From: a virus
Taxonomy: Duplodnaviria > Heunggongvirae > Uroviricota > Caudoviricetes
Virus record (IMG/VR): IMGVR_UViG_2778261667_000015
Strand: one strand, 5' to 3'
Length of the DNA stretch: 26,992 bases
Of the stretch, positions 11,198 through 18,854 are shown in pieces (the stretch's first letter is position 1; every line of letters starts with the position of its first letter). The translations under genes were made by a program, and so were the position numbers. The notes under the pieces were generated by a model. That model worked only from the letters and a program-made list of their open reading frames with translations, was not told the DNA's origin and did not search any database.

Positions 11198-11413
11198 TTA
11201 ATCAGTAATGATGACATTTACTGCTGCAGGACCTTTAGCACCACTCTCTATAGAGAAGGTAACCTTTTGACCTTCAAATAAGGTTCGATAATTATCATTC
11301 TGAATCGCAGAAAAATGCACAAACACATCTTTACTACCATCAACAGGAGAAATAAAGCCGAAACCTTTATCAGCGTTAAACCATTTTACTAAACCAGTCA
11401 TTTTATTTGACAT
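11198..11413 (-). CDS. cspB: Cold-shock protein, CspA family
   Basis: 71 aa [71 protein letters not shown]. Confidence 0.85.
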   Translation of the reverse strand: MSNKMTGLVKWFNADKGFGFISPVDGSKDVFVHFSAIQNDNYRTLFEGQKVTFSIESGAKGPAAVNVIITD

Positions 11414-11713
11414 TCTACATTCCTTAACTTGAGCCTTTCGGCATAAATGGTTTGTATAACAGAAACGACTTCGTACTTAATTGGAGAGACTCAAAGAAGG
11501 AATAAGTGAATAACACCTGAAATGAGAACTGCTTTAGTAAACTACTTCGTATATCGTCTGTTCTTCAAACCGACGCAATCATTAACGCATAGTTGAACAT
11601 ATGAAGCAATGTTTATTTTAGACATCCAGCCATCTTCAACCCCATCAAAAAACTATAGCTTTCTTCAGGAACGTGTGTATAGTGCGCCAAGTTATCAGTA
11701 TTAAGGAATTTTT

Positions 11714-11926
11714 TTGTCCCGTAAAATGACAGGAATTGTCAAAACCTTTGACGGCAAAAGCGGCAAGGGTCTTATCACCCCATCCGATGGTCGTATCGAT
11801 GTCCAGCTTCATGTTTCAGCGCTCAATCTCCGCGATGCAGAAGAAATTACCACCGGATTACGCGTGGAATTTTGCCGGATAAATGGTCTGCGTGGCCCTT
11901 CAGCTGCCAATGTTTACCTTTCATGA
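11714..11926 (+). CDS. cspF: Divergent CspA-family protein
   Basis: 70 aa [39 protein letters not shown]...; starts at TTG 11714 with AAGGA 6 nt upstream (ATG alternative at 11726); divergent from cspB as in Qin. Confidence 0.75.
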
Positions 11927-11980
11927 GCTATATTAAAGCTTTAATTTCAGGCCCCATCGGATCACACATGGAGAGTTTTT

Positions 11981-12070
11981 ATGAATAACCCCGTCTGTCT
12001 TGATGACTGGTTGATTGGCTTTAAAAGCTTATGCTGTACTTTGGCCGTAATAGCTCTGCTAATAATATAA
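11981..12070 (+). CDS. Candidate 29-aa small hydrophobic protein
   Basis: Manual [32 protein letters not shown] with GGAG 7-8 nt upstream; short polar N-terminus and hydrophobic C-terminus like small membrane peptides. Unverified. Confidence 0.25.
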
Positions 12071-12218
12071 TAAGCAGACTCATTGTGTTTAGGGACATTG
12101 TACTGGAAGAAAACATTTTAAACATCAGGCAAATAACCAAGTCACCAGCTAAATAATAAGTTAACAGACATGAGTCCCGGGATGAGATTCAACATTACCA
12201 TTGCCCCATTTAAAGCAC

Positions 12219-12250
12219 AAAACCCGCTCATCAGCGGGTTTTCTACTTTT
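12219..12250 (+). terminator. Rho-independent terminator
   Basis: cccgc-tcatca-gcggg stem followed by a TTTT run; downstream of cspF. Confidence 0.5.
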
Positions 12251-12347
12251 TCTTAACGTCGGGTATACAAAGCCCATCGTTGAAAAAATTTTATCCATAT
12301 TTTTTGAAAAATGCAAGCATCACGTTACCATCTTCATTGAAAAACCT

Positions 12348-12410
12348 TTATCGTGTTACTTTTATCAATTGCACTTCAGCATAGAGTTATCCCAGACAGC
12401 ACTTTAAAGA
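12348..12410 (-). pseudogene. Diverged relic of an antiterminator Q gene 3' end
   Basis: Minus-strand translation of 12348-12386 gives ...YAEVQLIKVTR-stop, against the intact Q C-terminus ...AYAEVQLRKVTR-stop at 14042; the flanking DNA aligns at roughly 75% identity with 14042-14110. Confidence 0.5.
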
Positions 12411-12695
12411 CTTCTACATTACACACACCTTGTCTCCCCTTCTCGTCATATCTGCAAGACCGATATGCATGACGCAGTACATACGCTGAACTGCTTTATC
12501 CATCTGCATATTCTAGTGCTAAAGCGACTTCAGTAGCAGAAGCAAAATTCTGCTACTGTGCCAAACAGGAGTAAACGTCATTTTATGTAATGTTGATTGA
12601 GTGGTCATAGTATCACCTCAATAACAACTCTCCGCCCTATCATTGAAAGCATATCTGCTATAATTAAAAAGCCACTTAACATCAGGACTTCAAAC

Positions 12696-12881
12696 ATGAC
12701 TTCAAATCAATCTGAAAACGAAATAGTTAATACTGTCAAAAAATATGCATCATGTGCTGACGATGCTTTGCAGGGAGGCAAAGAAAACGTTAAAGATAAA
12801 TTTAGAAATTATCCACTGACTAGCGTGGTGGTTGCTCTAAGCATAGGGTTAACGCTTGGTTTTATTATTGGCAGAAAATAA
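12696..12881 (+). CDS. DUF883 (ElaB/YqjD/YgaM)-like C-tail-anchored small protein
   Basis: ORF 12597..12881; from ATG 12696 it gives 61 aa ending ...FRNYPLTSVVVALSIGLTLGFIIGRK, the characteristic DUF883 C-terminal anchor. Confidence 0.5.
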   Translation: MTSNQSENEIVNTVKKYASCADDALQGGKENVKDKFRNYPLTSVVVALSIGLTLGFIIGRK

Positions 12882-12939
12882 TCTTAAGCCTCCCATAAGT
12901 CGTACACAATCACATCTGCCAATTAATGTTCCATTAGTA

Positions 12940-12965
12940 AAAAACCACCTCCTGTGGAGGTGGTT
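12940..12965 (-). terminator. Rho-independent terminator, probably bidirectional
   Basis: ccacctcc-tgt-ggaggtgg stem with AAAAAA on the plus-strand 5' side (T-run on the minus strand); 53 nt downstream of the 39-aa minus ORF and 60 nt downstream of the plus-strand DUF883 gene. Confidence 0.5.
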
Positions 12966-13017
12966 TAAGGATAGCAACAAAACACAACCTACTTTAAACG
13001 GCTATATTCTGCTATAT

Positions 13018-13137
13018 CTAAATAATAGGATCTCTTTTATCATCCGGTGAAAAAGGGTTCAATGGTTGCCCCTCATCAGGACGCTCAACGGGCTCATCAT
13101 CAGGCTTACGGTCATCAAAATCTGGATGTTCTGACAT
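13018..13137 (-). CDS. Candidate 39-aa acidic, proline-rich small protein
   Basis: Codon-by-codon manual translation: MSEHPDFDDRKPDDEPVERPDEGQPLNPFSPDDKRDPII; GGGTGGA SD-like sequence upstream; terminator follows. Confidence 0.3.
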   Translation of the reverse strand: MSEHPDFDDRKPDDEPVERPDEGQPLNPFSPDDKRDPII

Positions 13138-13172
13138 ATTCCACCCTAGTATTTTTATGCAGGAAAGATTAT

Positions 13173-13280
13173 TTACTCTTTCCGGTTGTCTTTTTTATTA
13201 TCCTTACCCTTACTATCCTCATTGTTTTTATTCCTGTCATGAGATTTTTCATTTGAATCACTTACATATAATGTATTCAT
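13173..13280 (-). CDS. Candidate 35-aa highly charged, lysine-rich small protein
   Basis: Manual translation MNTLYVSDSNEKSHDRNKNNEDSKGKDNKKDNRKE; GGAG 7 nt upstream of the ATG; a perfect TATAAT sits ~45 nt further upstream on the same strand. Confidence 0.3.
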   Translation of the reverse strand: MNTLYVSDSNEKSHDRNKNNEDSKGKDNKKDNRKE

Positions 13281-13314
13281 GGGGACTCCAGTTTTTTAAC
13301 AGCACAATGCTGTA

Positions 13315-13360
13315 TCTGTAATTATAGATGCAATTAATCATTATGATATGTATGTTTCAT
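13315..13360 (-). promoter_or_regulatory. Putative sigma70 promoter for the small-ORF pair
   Basis: Minus strand reads ...attaattgcatcTATAATtacag...; the -35 is weak or undefined. Confidence 0.25.
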
Positions 13361-14041
13361 GCACAAATCAGAAACGCATCTAGTGCTTTAATTAATATGG
13401 ATTTTATTGCTGTAGATTTACAAAAATTTTCATAATTAACCAGCAATATAAGACAAATATCTCATAACATGAGGAAAATCAAGCTCATTTAAAGCAATTT
13501 ATAATTTTCATCCTACTGTTTTCCCTGCACTGCCAACACAAGTTTCATCGCAACACTCTGACAAGACACCTATAAAATCAGTTTCGTTATCACCTTAATT
13601 TTCTTCATGGGTAACAAACCGGTAATACATCGATAGCCAGATTTCCGGCGTAAGCCATTTATTTGCAGCCTGATTGATGCGCGTTACTGTTACCTCTTCC
13701 CTGCATCAGGATGGCTTCTCCAGATGATATGGTTAATCACACTGGAACATTCACGCATAACCGTTTCCTTCATATCCTGCCGTTTTAGCATGTCTTTTCC
13801 CCTTCTTGTTAATATCAATAACTAACACAAATCTAAAAAAGCCAGCAATGTAAAAAAACTGCATTCACGGCAACCATAATGGTTACCGTTCTGCACAAAG
13901 TTTATGTCCACAAAAAAACCACTCTGCGCGGCTTATTGATATTTTCCACAGGTATGCATATAAGGCTCATCATTGGAAAACTCTTTGCACGTTTCCTTAG
14001 AAAATACAATCGTTATGTCGCCATCGTTCGGTGAAAATCAT

Positions 14042-14794
14042 TTATCTCGTCACTTTTCTTAATTGCACCTCAGCATATGCTTCTTCCTGCCAGCACTTTG
14101 TAACCAGTTTATCAATGACATCTGCATATCCTTTGTACCACTGATAATCCGTCAGGTCTGGTACCAGCTTCTGGACATGACACCGCGCCAGTGTCGTTGG
14201 TAAACGACTAAACCGGTTTCCATTGCAACGCCCACAAACCTTATAAACAGGCGTGCTATGAAGCCGGGTTCTTTTTTCATCCAGGACAATACCTTTCCCC
14301 TTACACCCTCTGCACGCTGTGCTGACTTCTCCCTTACCATGGCAATGCTGACATAGTTCCTTCACCCACTCTTCCTTGATAACAGATTCCCCACTTCTGG
14401 AGTGTTTCACCACTTCGCGCAATACATTATGAAATCCAGTACCAGCACAATACTCACAGCGAGCCTTACTTGCCGCAGACCTGGAATAATCAGCAAAGGC
14501 AAAATTCACAAGGTAAGGGATGATCTGTAACCGGATTTCTTCACTCAATTTGTTCAATGTCGGATTATCCATTGCCATCGCGTAATTGAGCAGACCTTCA
14601 ATCGCAAACTGAGGATCCTGAACACCAACTTTTGCCAGGAATAAGGCAAAACCAAGCGGAGCTTTCGACTGCACCATCCCCTGCGCAGCCATCACATCTG
14701 TTATTGTTAAACCACCCGAGCCTGTCGCCGGTGCGTCATCACTCAATTTTGGAGATTTTGGGGAGTAATATTTTGGTAAAGCTTCAAGGTTCAT
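14042..14794 (-). CDS. quuQ: Late-gene antitermination protein Q
   Basis: 250 aa with multiple CxxC zinc-binding motifs (CEYCAGTG, CQHCHGKG, CRGCKGKG, CGRCNG) typical of Q antiterminators; ATG at 14794. Confidence 0.85.
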   Translation of the reverse strand: MNLEALPKYYSPKSPKLSDDAPATGSGGLTITDVMAAQGMVQSKAPLGFALFLAKVGVQDPQFAIEGLLNYAMAMDNPTLNKLSEEIRLQIIPYLVNFAFADYSRSAASKARCEYCAGTGFHNVLREVVKHSRSGESVIKEEWVKELCQHCHGKGEVSTACRGCKGKGIVLDEKRTRLHSTPVYKVCGRCNGNRFSRLPTTLARCHVQKLVPDLTDYQWYKGYADVIDKLVTKCWQEEAYAEVQLRKVTR

Positions 14795-14807
14795 GCTCGT
14801 TCTCCAC

Positions 14808-15857
14808 TTACGCCAGTACGCCTATTGCCAGCGCACGATCGATAAAACGAAATATCAGCTCCAGCTGGGAGCCATACTTCTCTTCAAATGCCACGGTATT
14901 CGCATGCAGCTCGTCGTGATGCTTTCTGCACAAAGGCAACACAAAGAGATCATGTGCTTTGGTTCCCATTCCGCCCTGCCCGTGACCAATCAGATGATGC
15001 GGATCGTCGGCTGGCATACCGCAGCAAGCACACGGCTGTGTCTTAACCCAGCGTGTGTACTTTTCATTAACCCAACGGTGACGTTTAGGCAGCTTCATGA
15101 AAGATTCCGGAGACTCTGGATCAACGGTGATGCTTACCACCGTCTTTTCCTGTGATGGGTTTTGTTGCTGGTGGGCGTGAGGCAACGGTGCAAGATTTTT
15201 TGTGCGCTGTTTCAATATGCTGGTGGCGGTCTGCTCTCCCGGTACGATGTCGCTTTCGCGGTACACCGAGCAGTTTTTTTCCGCTGGTAATCCCAGCGAG
15301 CGACGTAATACCGCTTCCGGTAGCGCGTCCGCCACCTGATTGCGGACCGCCCACCAGGATAATTCAGCCAGAGATAATTCACGCTCCTGCGTACCGCTTA
15401 TTGCGTGACCGATGACGTCAATCATCCATGCTGACAGGTTTTGATGAGCAAGTTGCTCGAGTGATTCGGATGTCTGGTCACGCAGCTGGTTGTCGCAGTG
15501 CCAGCACAACACCATTGCGCCGGTACCATAACGGTGAATAACGGTTTCGCTGTGATGATAATCGCCGTGTGGCCACTGGCAGGATTTAATATGGCGCAAC
15601 AGCCAGTCAGACAATGCACCAGCACCACCAGCAGCACGAATTACCCGTGCGTTACTGAAAAACGGCAGCAATGTTTTGTCTTCCACCAGCGGCTGGCGAA
15701 CGGCAGGAACGACCCCGGACGGCAGATTACGCATGCTTTTCGGTTCCGGCTCCACCAGTACCCGGGTATTGTGGAATACCGGCATGGATTCACGGCCCGG
15801 CTTAACGACCACCAGCCCGAGTTCCGGTACCAGAACAGGTCGAAGTAATACCCGCAC
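14808..15857 (-). CDS. ydfU: YdfU-like (DUF968) protein
   Basis: 349-aa ORF; GTG start at 15857 preceded by GGAGG at 4 nt and coupled to the upstream ORF stop; Cys/His-rich C-terminus (CACCGMPADDPHH...CRKHHDELH). Confidence 0.7.
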   Translation of the reverse strand: MRVLLRPVLVPELGLVVVKPGRESMPVFHNTRVLVEPEPKSMRNLPSGVVPAVRQPLVEDKTLLPFFSNARVIRAAGGAGALSDWLLRHIKSCQWPHGDYHHSETVIHRYGTGAMVLCWHCDNQLRDQTSESLEQLAHQNLSAWMIDVIGHAISGTQERELSLAELSWWAVRNQVADALPEAVLRRSLGLPAEKNCSVYRESDIVPGEQTATSILKQRTKNLAPLPHAHQQQNPSQEKTVVSITVDPESPESFMKLPKRHRWVNEKYTRWVKTQPCACCGMPADDPHHLIGHGQGGMGTKAHDLFVLPLCRKHHDELHANTVAFEEKYGSQLELIFRFIDRALAIGVLA

Positions 15858-15858
15858 G

Positions 15859-16137
15859 TTACCTCCAGATGCGTTGCTGGAATGTACGGGACGGACGCGG
15901 TGGGCGTTCGGAGTAAGGCAATCTGACTGAGATTATCCAGTGACGGTAGTCGAGACTAAGGGCTTTCTTAACCTCGTATCCGCGCCTGCGGTAACACTGA
16001 ATTATCCATTCAGCCTGCTCTTCAGTGCATGGAGGGTGCTGGAACCATTCAGACTTGAATGCGTGAGAATACCGCTCGTGCGTGCAGGCAAGAACGGGCG
16101 AATTATCAGAATTGTAATATTTTACGTTGCGTGCCAT
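15859..16137 (-). CDS. Hypothetical 92-aa protein coupled to ydfU
   Basis: ATG at 16137 with GGAG 7 nt upstream; its stop lies inside the ydfU SD; no family recognised. Confidence 0.45.
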   Translation of the reverse strand: MARNVKYYNSDNSPVLACTHERYSHAFKSEWFQHPPCTEEQAEWIIQCYRRRGYEVKKALSLDYRHWIISVRLPYSERPPRPSRTFQQRIWR

Positions 16138-16203
16138 CGGTTTTCTCCGGTGGCACGGTGTTACTCAGCGGGAGTTCAGCCCCGCGCAAGATTGTAGATG
16201 AGT

Positions 16204-16455
16204 TTATTCTTCTGCAAAAGCTGAAAAGCCTGCTTTTATTCCGATCTCTTTCAGTGCCTGTAATGAAGTGACAAACTCACCTTCGCGCAAGATAAATCCG
16301 TCTGTCACTCGACCATCCACAAAATTAATTAACGCAGCCCCATTCTTTCGCAAACACATAATGCGGTAATGACTAACAAGATTTCCATTTTCAACGCACA
16401 CAGCATAGAGGCCATCTTCACAAAAAATTTTACGCAGTTCTTCGATGTTCATCAT
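16204..16455 (-). CDS. rem: Rem-like small protein (83 aa)
   Basis: 83-aa ORF (MMNIEELRKIFCEDG...) with GGAAGG upstream; size and position next to hok as for Qin rem. Confidence 0.5.
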   Translation of the reverse strand: MMNIEELRKIFCEDGLYAVCVENGNLVSHYRIMCLRKNGAALINFVDGRVTDGFILREGEFVTSLQALKEIGIKAGFSAFAEE

Positions 16456-16570
16456 CAGAATCCTTCCGGATAATTAGCTCTCCCCTTTAAGGGACCATCC
16501 CTCTTATCCCTGCGCGCTACTTAAGTATTTTTGATTCTATTCCGGCACCGTCCAGAACTTCAAACGCGTT

Positions 16571-16604
16571 GAAAATAAAAACAAAAACCCGCCGAAGCGG
16601 GTTA
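16571..16604 (-). terminator. Rho-independent terminator of the hok transcript
   Basis: Minus strand reads cccgc-ttcg-gcggg followed by TTTTTGTTTTTATTTT. Confidence 0.6.
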
Positions 16605-16671
16605 AGTGCGGGTGCGTTGAGGATGCCTGCCACATCAGAGGTGGCGAGGGATTTCTCCCTCGCCGGGTCTC

Positions 16672-16827
16672 TTACTCCTCAGGTTCGTAAGCTGTGAAGA
16701 CAGCGACCTCCGTCTGGCCGGTTCGGATTCGTACCTCGCAGAGGTCTTTCCTCGTTACCAGTGCCGTCACTATGACGGTTAAACAAATGACGATCAGGGC
16801 GATTAACATCGCCTTTTGCTGCTTCAT
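16672..16827 (-). CDS. hokD: Hok-family type I toxin (51 aa); the overlapping mok frame extends to 16884
   Basis: MKQQKAMLIALIVICLTVIVTALVTRKDLCEVRIRTGQTEVAVFTAYEPEE is a canonical Hok; the 70-aa ORF 16672..16884 is the mok-like upstream frame. Confidence 0.85.
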   Translation of the reverse strand: MKQQKAMLIALIVICLTVIVTALVTRKDLCEVRIRTGQTEVAVFTAYEPEE

Positions 16828-16859
16828 AGCCTGCTTCTCCTTGCCTTTCGGCACGTAAG

Positions 16860-16935
16860 AGGCTAACCTACATGTGTCTAGCATGAAATTGGCCTCAGAT
16901 TAATGTTAAGCGTCTTGCAGGACGCGTAATGTTAA
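16860..16935 (+). ncRNA. sok: Putative Sok antisense RNA region
   Basis: Placed antisense to the mok start/leader by analogy with plasmid R1 hok/sok; boundaries not resolved by eye. Confidence 0.25.
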
Positions 16936-17324
16936 CTGGGGCTTTTCTCTATCTGCCGTTGGTGTTCATGCCCGAGGCAGATAGCCTCAAGCACCCGCAG
17001 CCATTCTACTTAACTACCGTTACCTCGCCAATATGAAATCAATCAGTAAGGTGATCCATAAGAACAATAACAAGACAATAAATTGCCATTACAGCCACAA
17101 TAGCCAGCGTGCATTTGAGAACCAGCACATAAATCTCCTGCTCTTGACGTATACAGGCACTGATAAATATGTGTCTTCGTGCTCGTTACTTCAATACGTA
17201 AGCGTCAGTTGCGCGTAATCAAATCAGACAACCGACTTTAAACCAGGGACAAACAGCAGGTAAAATAATCAAACGTTATTTTAAGCCATATCATGGCTTC
17301 AAGATTTCCTCTAATTTCAACAAG

Positions 17325-17361
17325 ATGAGCAGGTCATTGCTTGCACTGATGACCTGCTCAT
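17325..17361. repeat. Perfect 13-bp inverted repeat with 11-nt spacer
   Basis: atgagcaggtcat-tgcttgcactg-atgacctgctcat; a second short palindrome aagccat-atc-atggctt lies at 17285-17301. Confidence 0.6.
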
Positions 17362-17442
17362 TAATCATGATTATTTGAAAATTAAGGTAGGCGTACTATA
17401 TATAGAAACACTGCTACGCTCCGTTGTTGGCATAATATAAAA

Positions 17443-18108
17443 TCATTCCTGCCCTTCTTTACCGTAGTGGAGTTGACCAATTTTGATTAGAGGGCGTCCC
17501 TGAGATTTGCGGTGTAGATTGGTATCGCGCAGTGAATACACGCAGCCACAATATTCCTGCTGATAGAATTGTTCGCGCTTGCTGATTTCAATCATGCGGG
17601 AAGAGCCGCCCTGCTTTCGCCAGTTATAATCCCAGTACACCATGCCCGGATAATACGCGACGGCTCGCCGTCCACAGTCGTTAACCTGCTGCATATTTTT
17701 CCAGCGTGAAATGCCCAGTGAGCTACTGATCACACTGAAACCATTTTCAGCGGCATACAGCGCAGTCCGCTCAAAACGCATGTCAAAACACATGGTACAA
17801 CGGATCCCTCGTTCAGGCTCCCATTCCATTCCTTTGGCTCGCTCAAACCAGTTGTCTGTGTCGTAATCAGCATCAATAAATGGCACGCCGTGTTGTTTAG
17901 CAAAGCGAATATTCTCATCCTTACGAATTAAATACTCTTTCTGAGGATGAATGTTCGGGTTGTAGAAAAAGATGGTGTAGTCGATTCCCGAGGCCTGAAG
18001 CGCCTCCATCACTTCACCGGAACATGGAGCACAGCAAGAGTGCAGTAATAGTTTTTTTGCCCCGTTTGGGAGCTCCAATTTGGGGCGTTTGAAATCAGCA
18101 ACAGTCAT
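17443..18108 (-). CDS. queH: QueH-like (DUF208) epoxyqueuosine reductase
   Basis: ORF 17443..18222 (GTG start); from ATG 18108: [30 protein letters not shown]...NPNIHP...[38 protein letters not shown]...QEYCGCVYS, matching the conserved blocks I recall for QueH. Confidence 0.6.
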   Translation of the reverse strand: MTVADFKRPKLELPNGAKKLLLHSCCAPCSGEVMEALQASGIDYTIFFYNPNIHPQKEYLIRKDENIRFAKQHGVPFIDADYDTDNWFERAKGMEWEPERGIRCTMCFDMRFERTALYAAENGFSVISSSLGISRWKNMQQVNDCGRRAVAYYPGMVYWDYNWRKQGGSSRMIEISKREQFYQQEYCGCVYSLRDTNLHRKSQGRPLIKIGQLHYGKEGQE

Positions 18109-18161
18109 AAATGTGTTTATGAGGTTCATGAAAATAGCAAAAAGTGTAGCATCAGAACGGG

Positions 18162-18464
18162 CTATCGGAAACAGATGTCTAAATCTGGTAATGTCTGCTT
18201 TTGATGCAAAGCAGACAACCACGGCAGCGCACGAAAATCAGCGATAATGTCGGGATTAATAATCGGGTGACGTCCATCACATAGCGAATGTTCCTCTTTC
18301 CTGATATCGCTAAATATCGACCATTCGTCATTCTTATCGAACCAGAGCATGCGACTGCCACAGCACATGTCGAGAATGGTAGCCGATGTACTCACAGCAT
18401 CACCTCCCGATAATTCCCCTGATAAAACGTCAGAACACGCTGCATAACTTCGCTCTTCCGGCAC
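18162..18464 (-). pseudogene. Possible N-terminal fragment of a SAM-dependent methyltransferase
   Basis: 100-aa ORF (GTG start) with a motif-I-like ILDMCCGSRMLWF, ending far short of a full methyltransferase; overlaps the neighbouring ORFs at both ends. Confidence 0.3.
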
Positions 18465-18814
18465 TCGCGACAGATTATGTTTAGACGACTGTCGTAGCGG
18501 CGTATTTCTCCATCAGGTAATGACCAGATAAGGTCCGGATCAACCACAGCAGGTTTCTTCACCTTTGCCCTCGAGAGTTTTTTGCGGGCGTTTTGCCAGT
18601 CCTTACGCGCCTGTTCAGACGGGAATAACCCGTAGCCGGAGTTGTATACATCGCCACTGGCTACCAGCTCTCTGACAAGAACGCTCATCAGATATCTAGT
18701 CGCACCTGTTTTAGCTTCCAGTTGCCGTAACGTCTCACGACCGCTCTGGCGCACGAGTTCCACCACCTGCCCTTTAATTTTTTCCCGCTCTTCTTGTGTA
18801 AAAACTTTTGCCAC
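18392..18814 (-). CDS. Hypothetical 140-aa protein downstream of the replication gene
   Basis: ORF MAKVFTQEEREKIKGQVVELVRQSGRETLRQLEAKTGATRYLM...; its 3' end overlaps the methyltransferase-fragment ORF, so the pair may be one frameshifted gene. Confidence 0.4.
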   Translation of the reverse strand: MAKVFTQEEREKIKGQVVELVRQSGRETLRQLEAKTGATRYLMSVLVRELVASGDVYNSGYGLFPSEQARKDWQNARKKLSRAKVKKPAVVDPDLIWSLPDGEIRRYDSRLNIICRECRKSEVMQRVLTFYQGNYREVML

Positions 18815-18854
18815 AAGTCCTCCTTAAAATTACCTCATGACCTGAAATCAACAT

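Noticed and set aside
13047-13256. Plus-strand 69-aa ORF in the AT-rich islet
   Set aside because: The minus strand here has a TATAAT, SD-preceded small ORFs and a terminator, which is the more coherent reading.
14808-15848. Track ORFs 15121..15354, 15152..15415, 15422..15637, 15498..15848 and 15676..15930 within ydfU
   Set aside because: Overlapping or antisense frames inside a 349-aa gene that has a strong SD and coupled upstream ORF.
16672-16884. 70-aa ORF as an independent gene
   Set aside because: It is the mok-type overlapping frame whose 3' two-thirds is hok; annotated as hok with the mok extension rather than as a separate protein.
17033-17218. Plus-strand 61-aa ORF in the QueH-hok intergenic region
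   Set aside because: No SD, low-complexity asparagine-rich sequence, and the region is better explained as hok/sok regulatory DNA.
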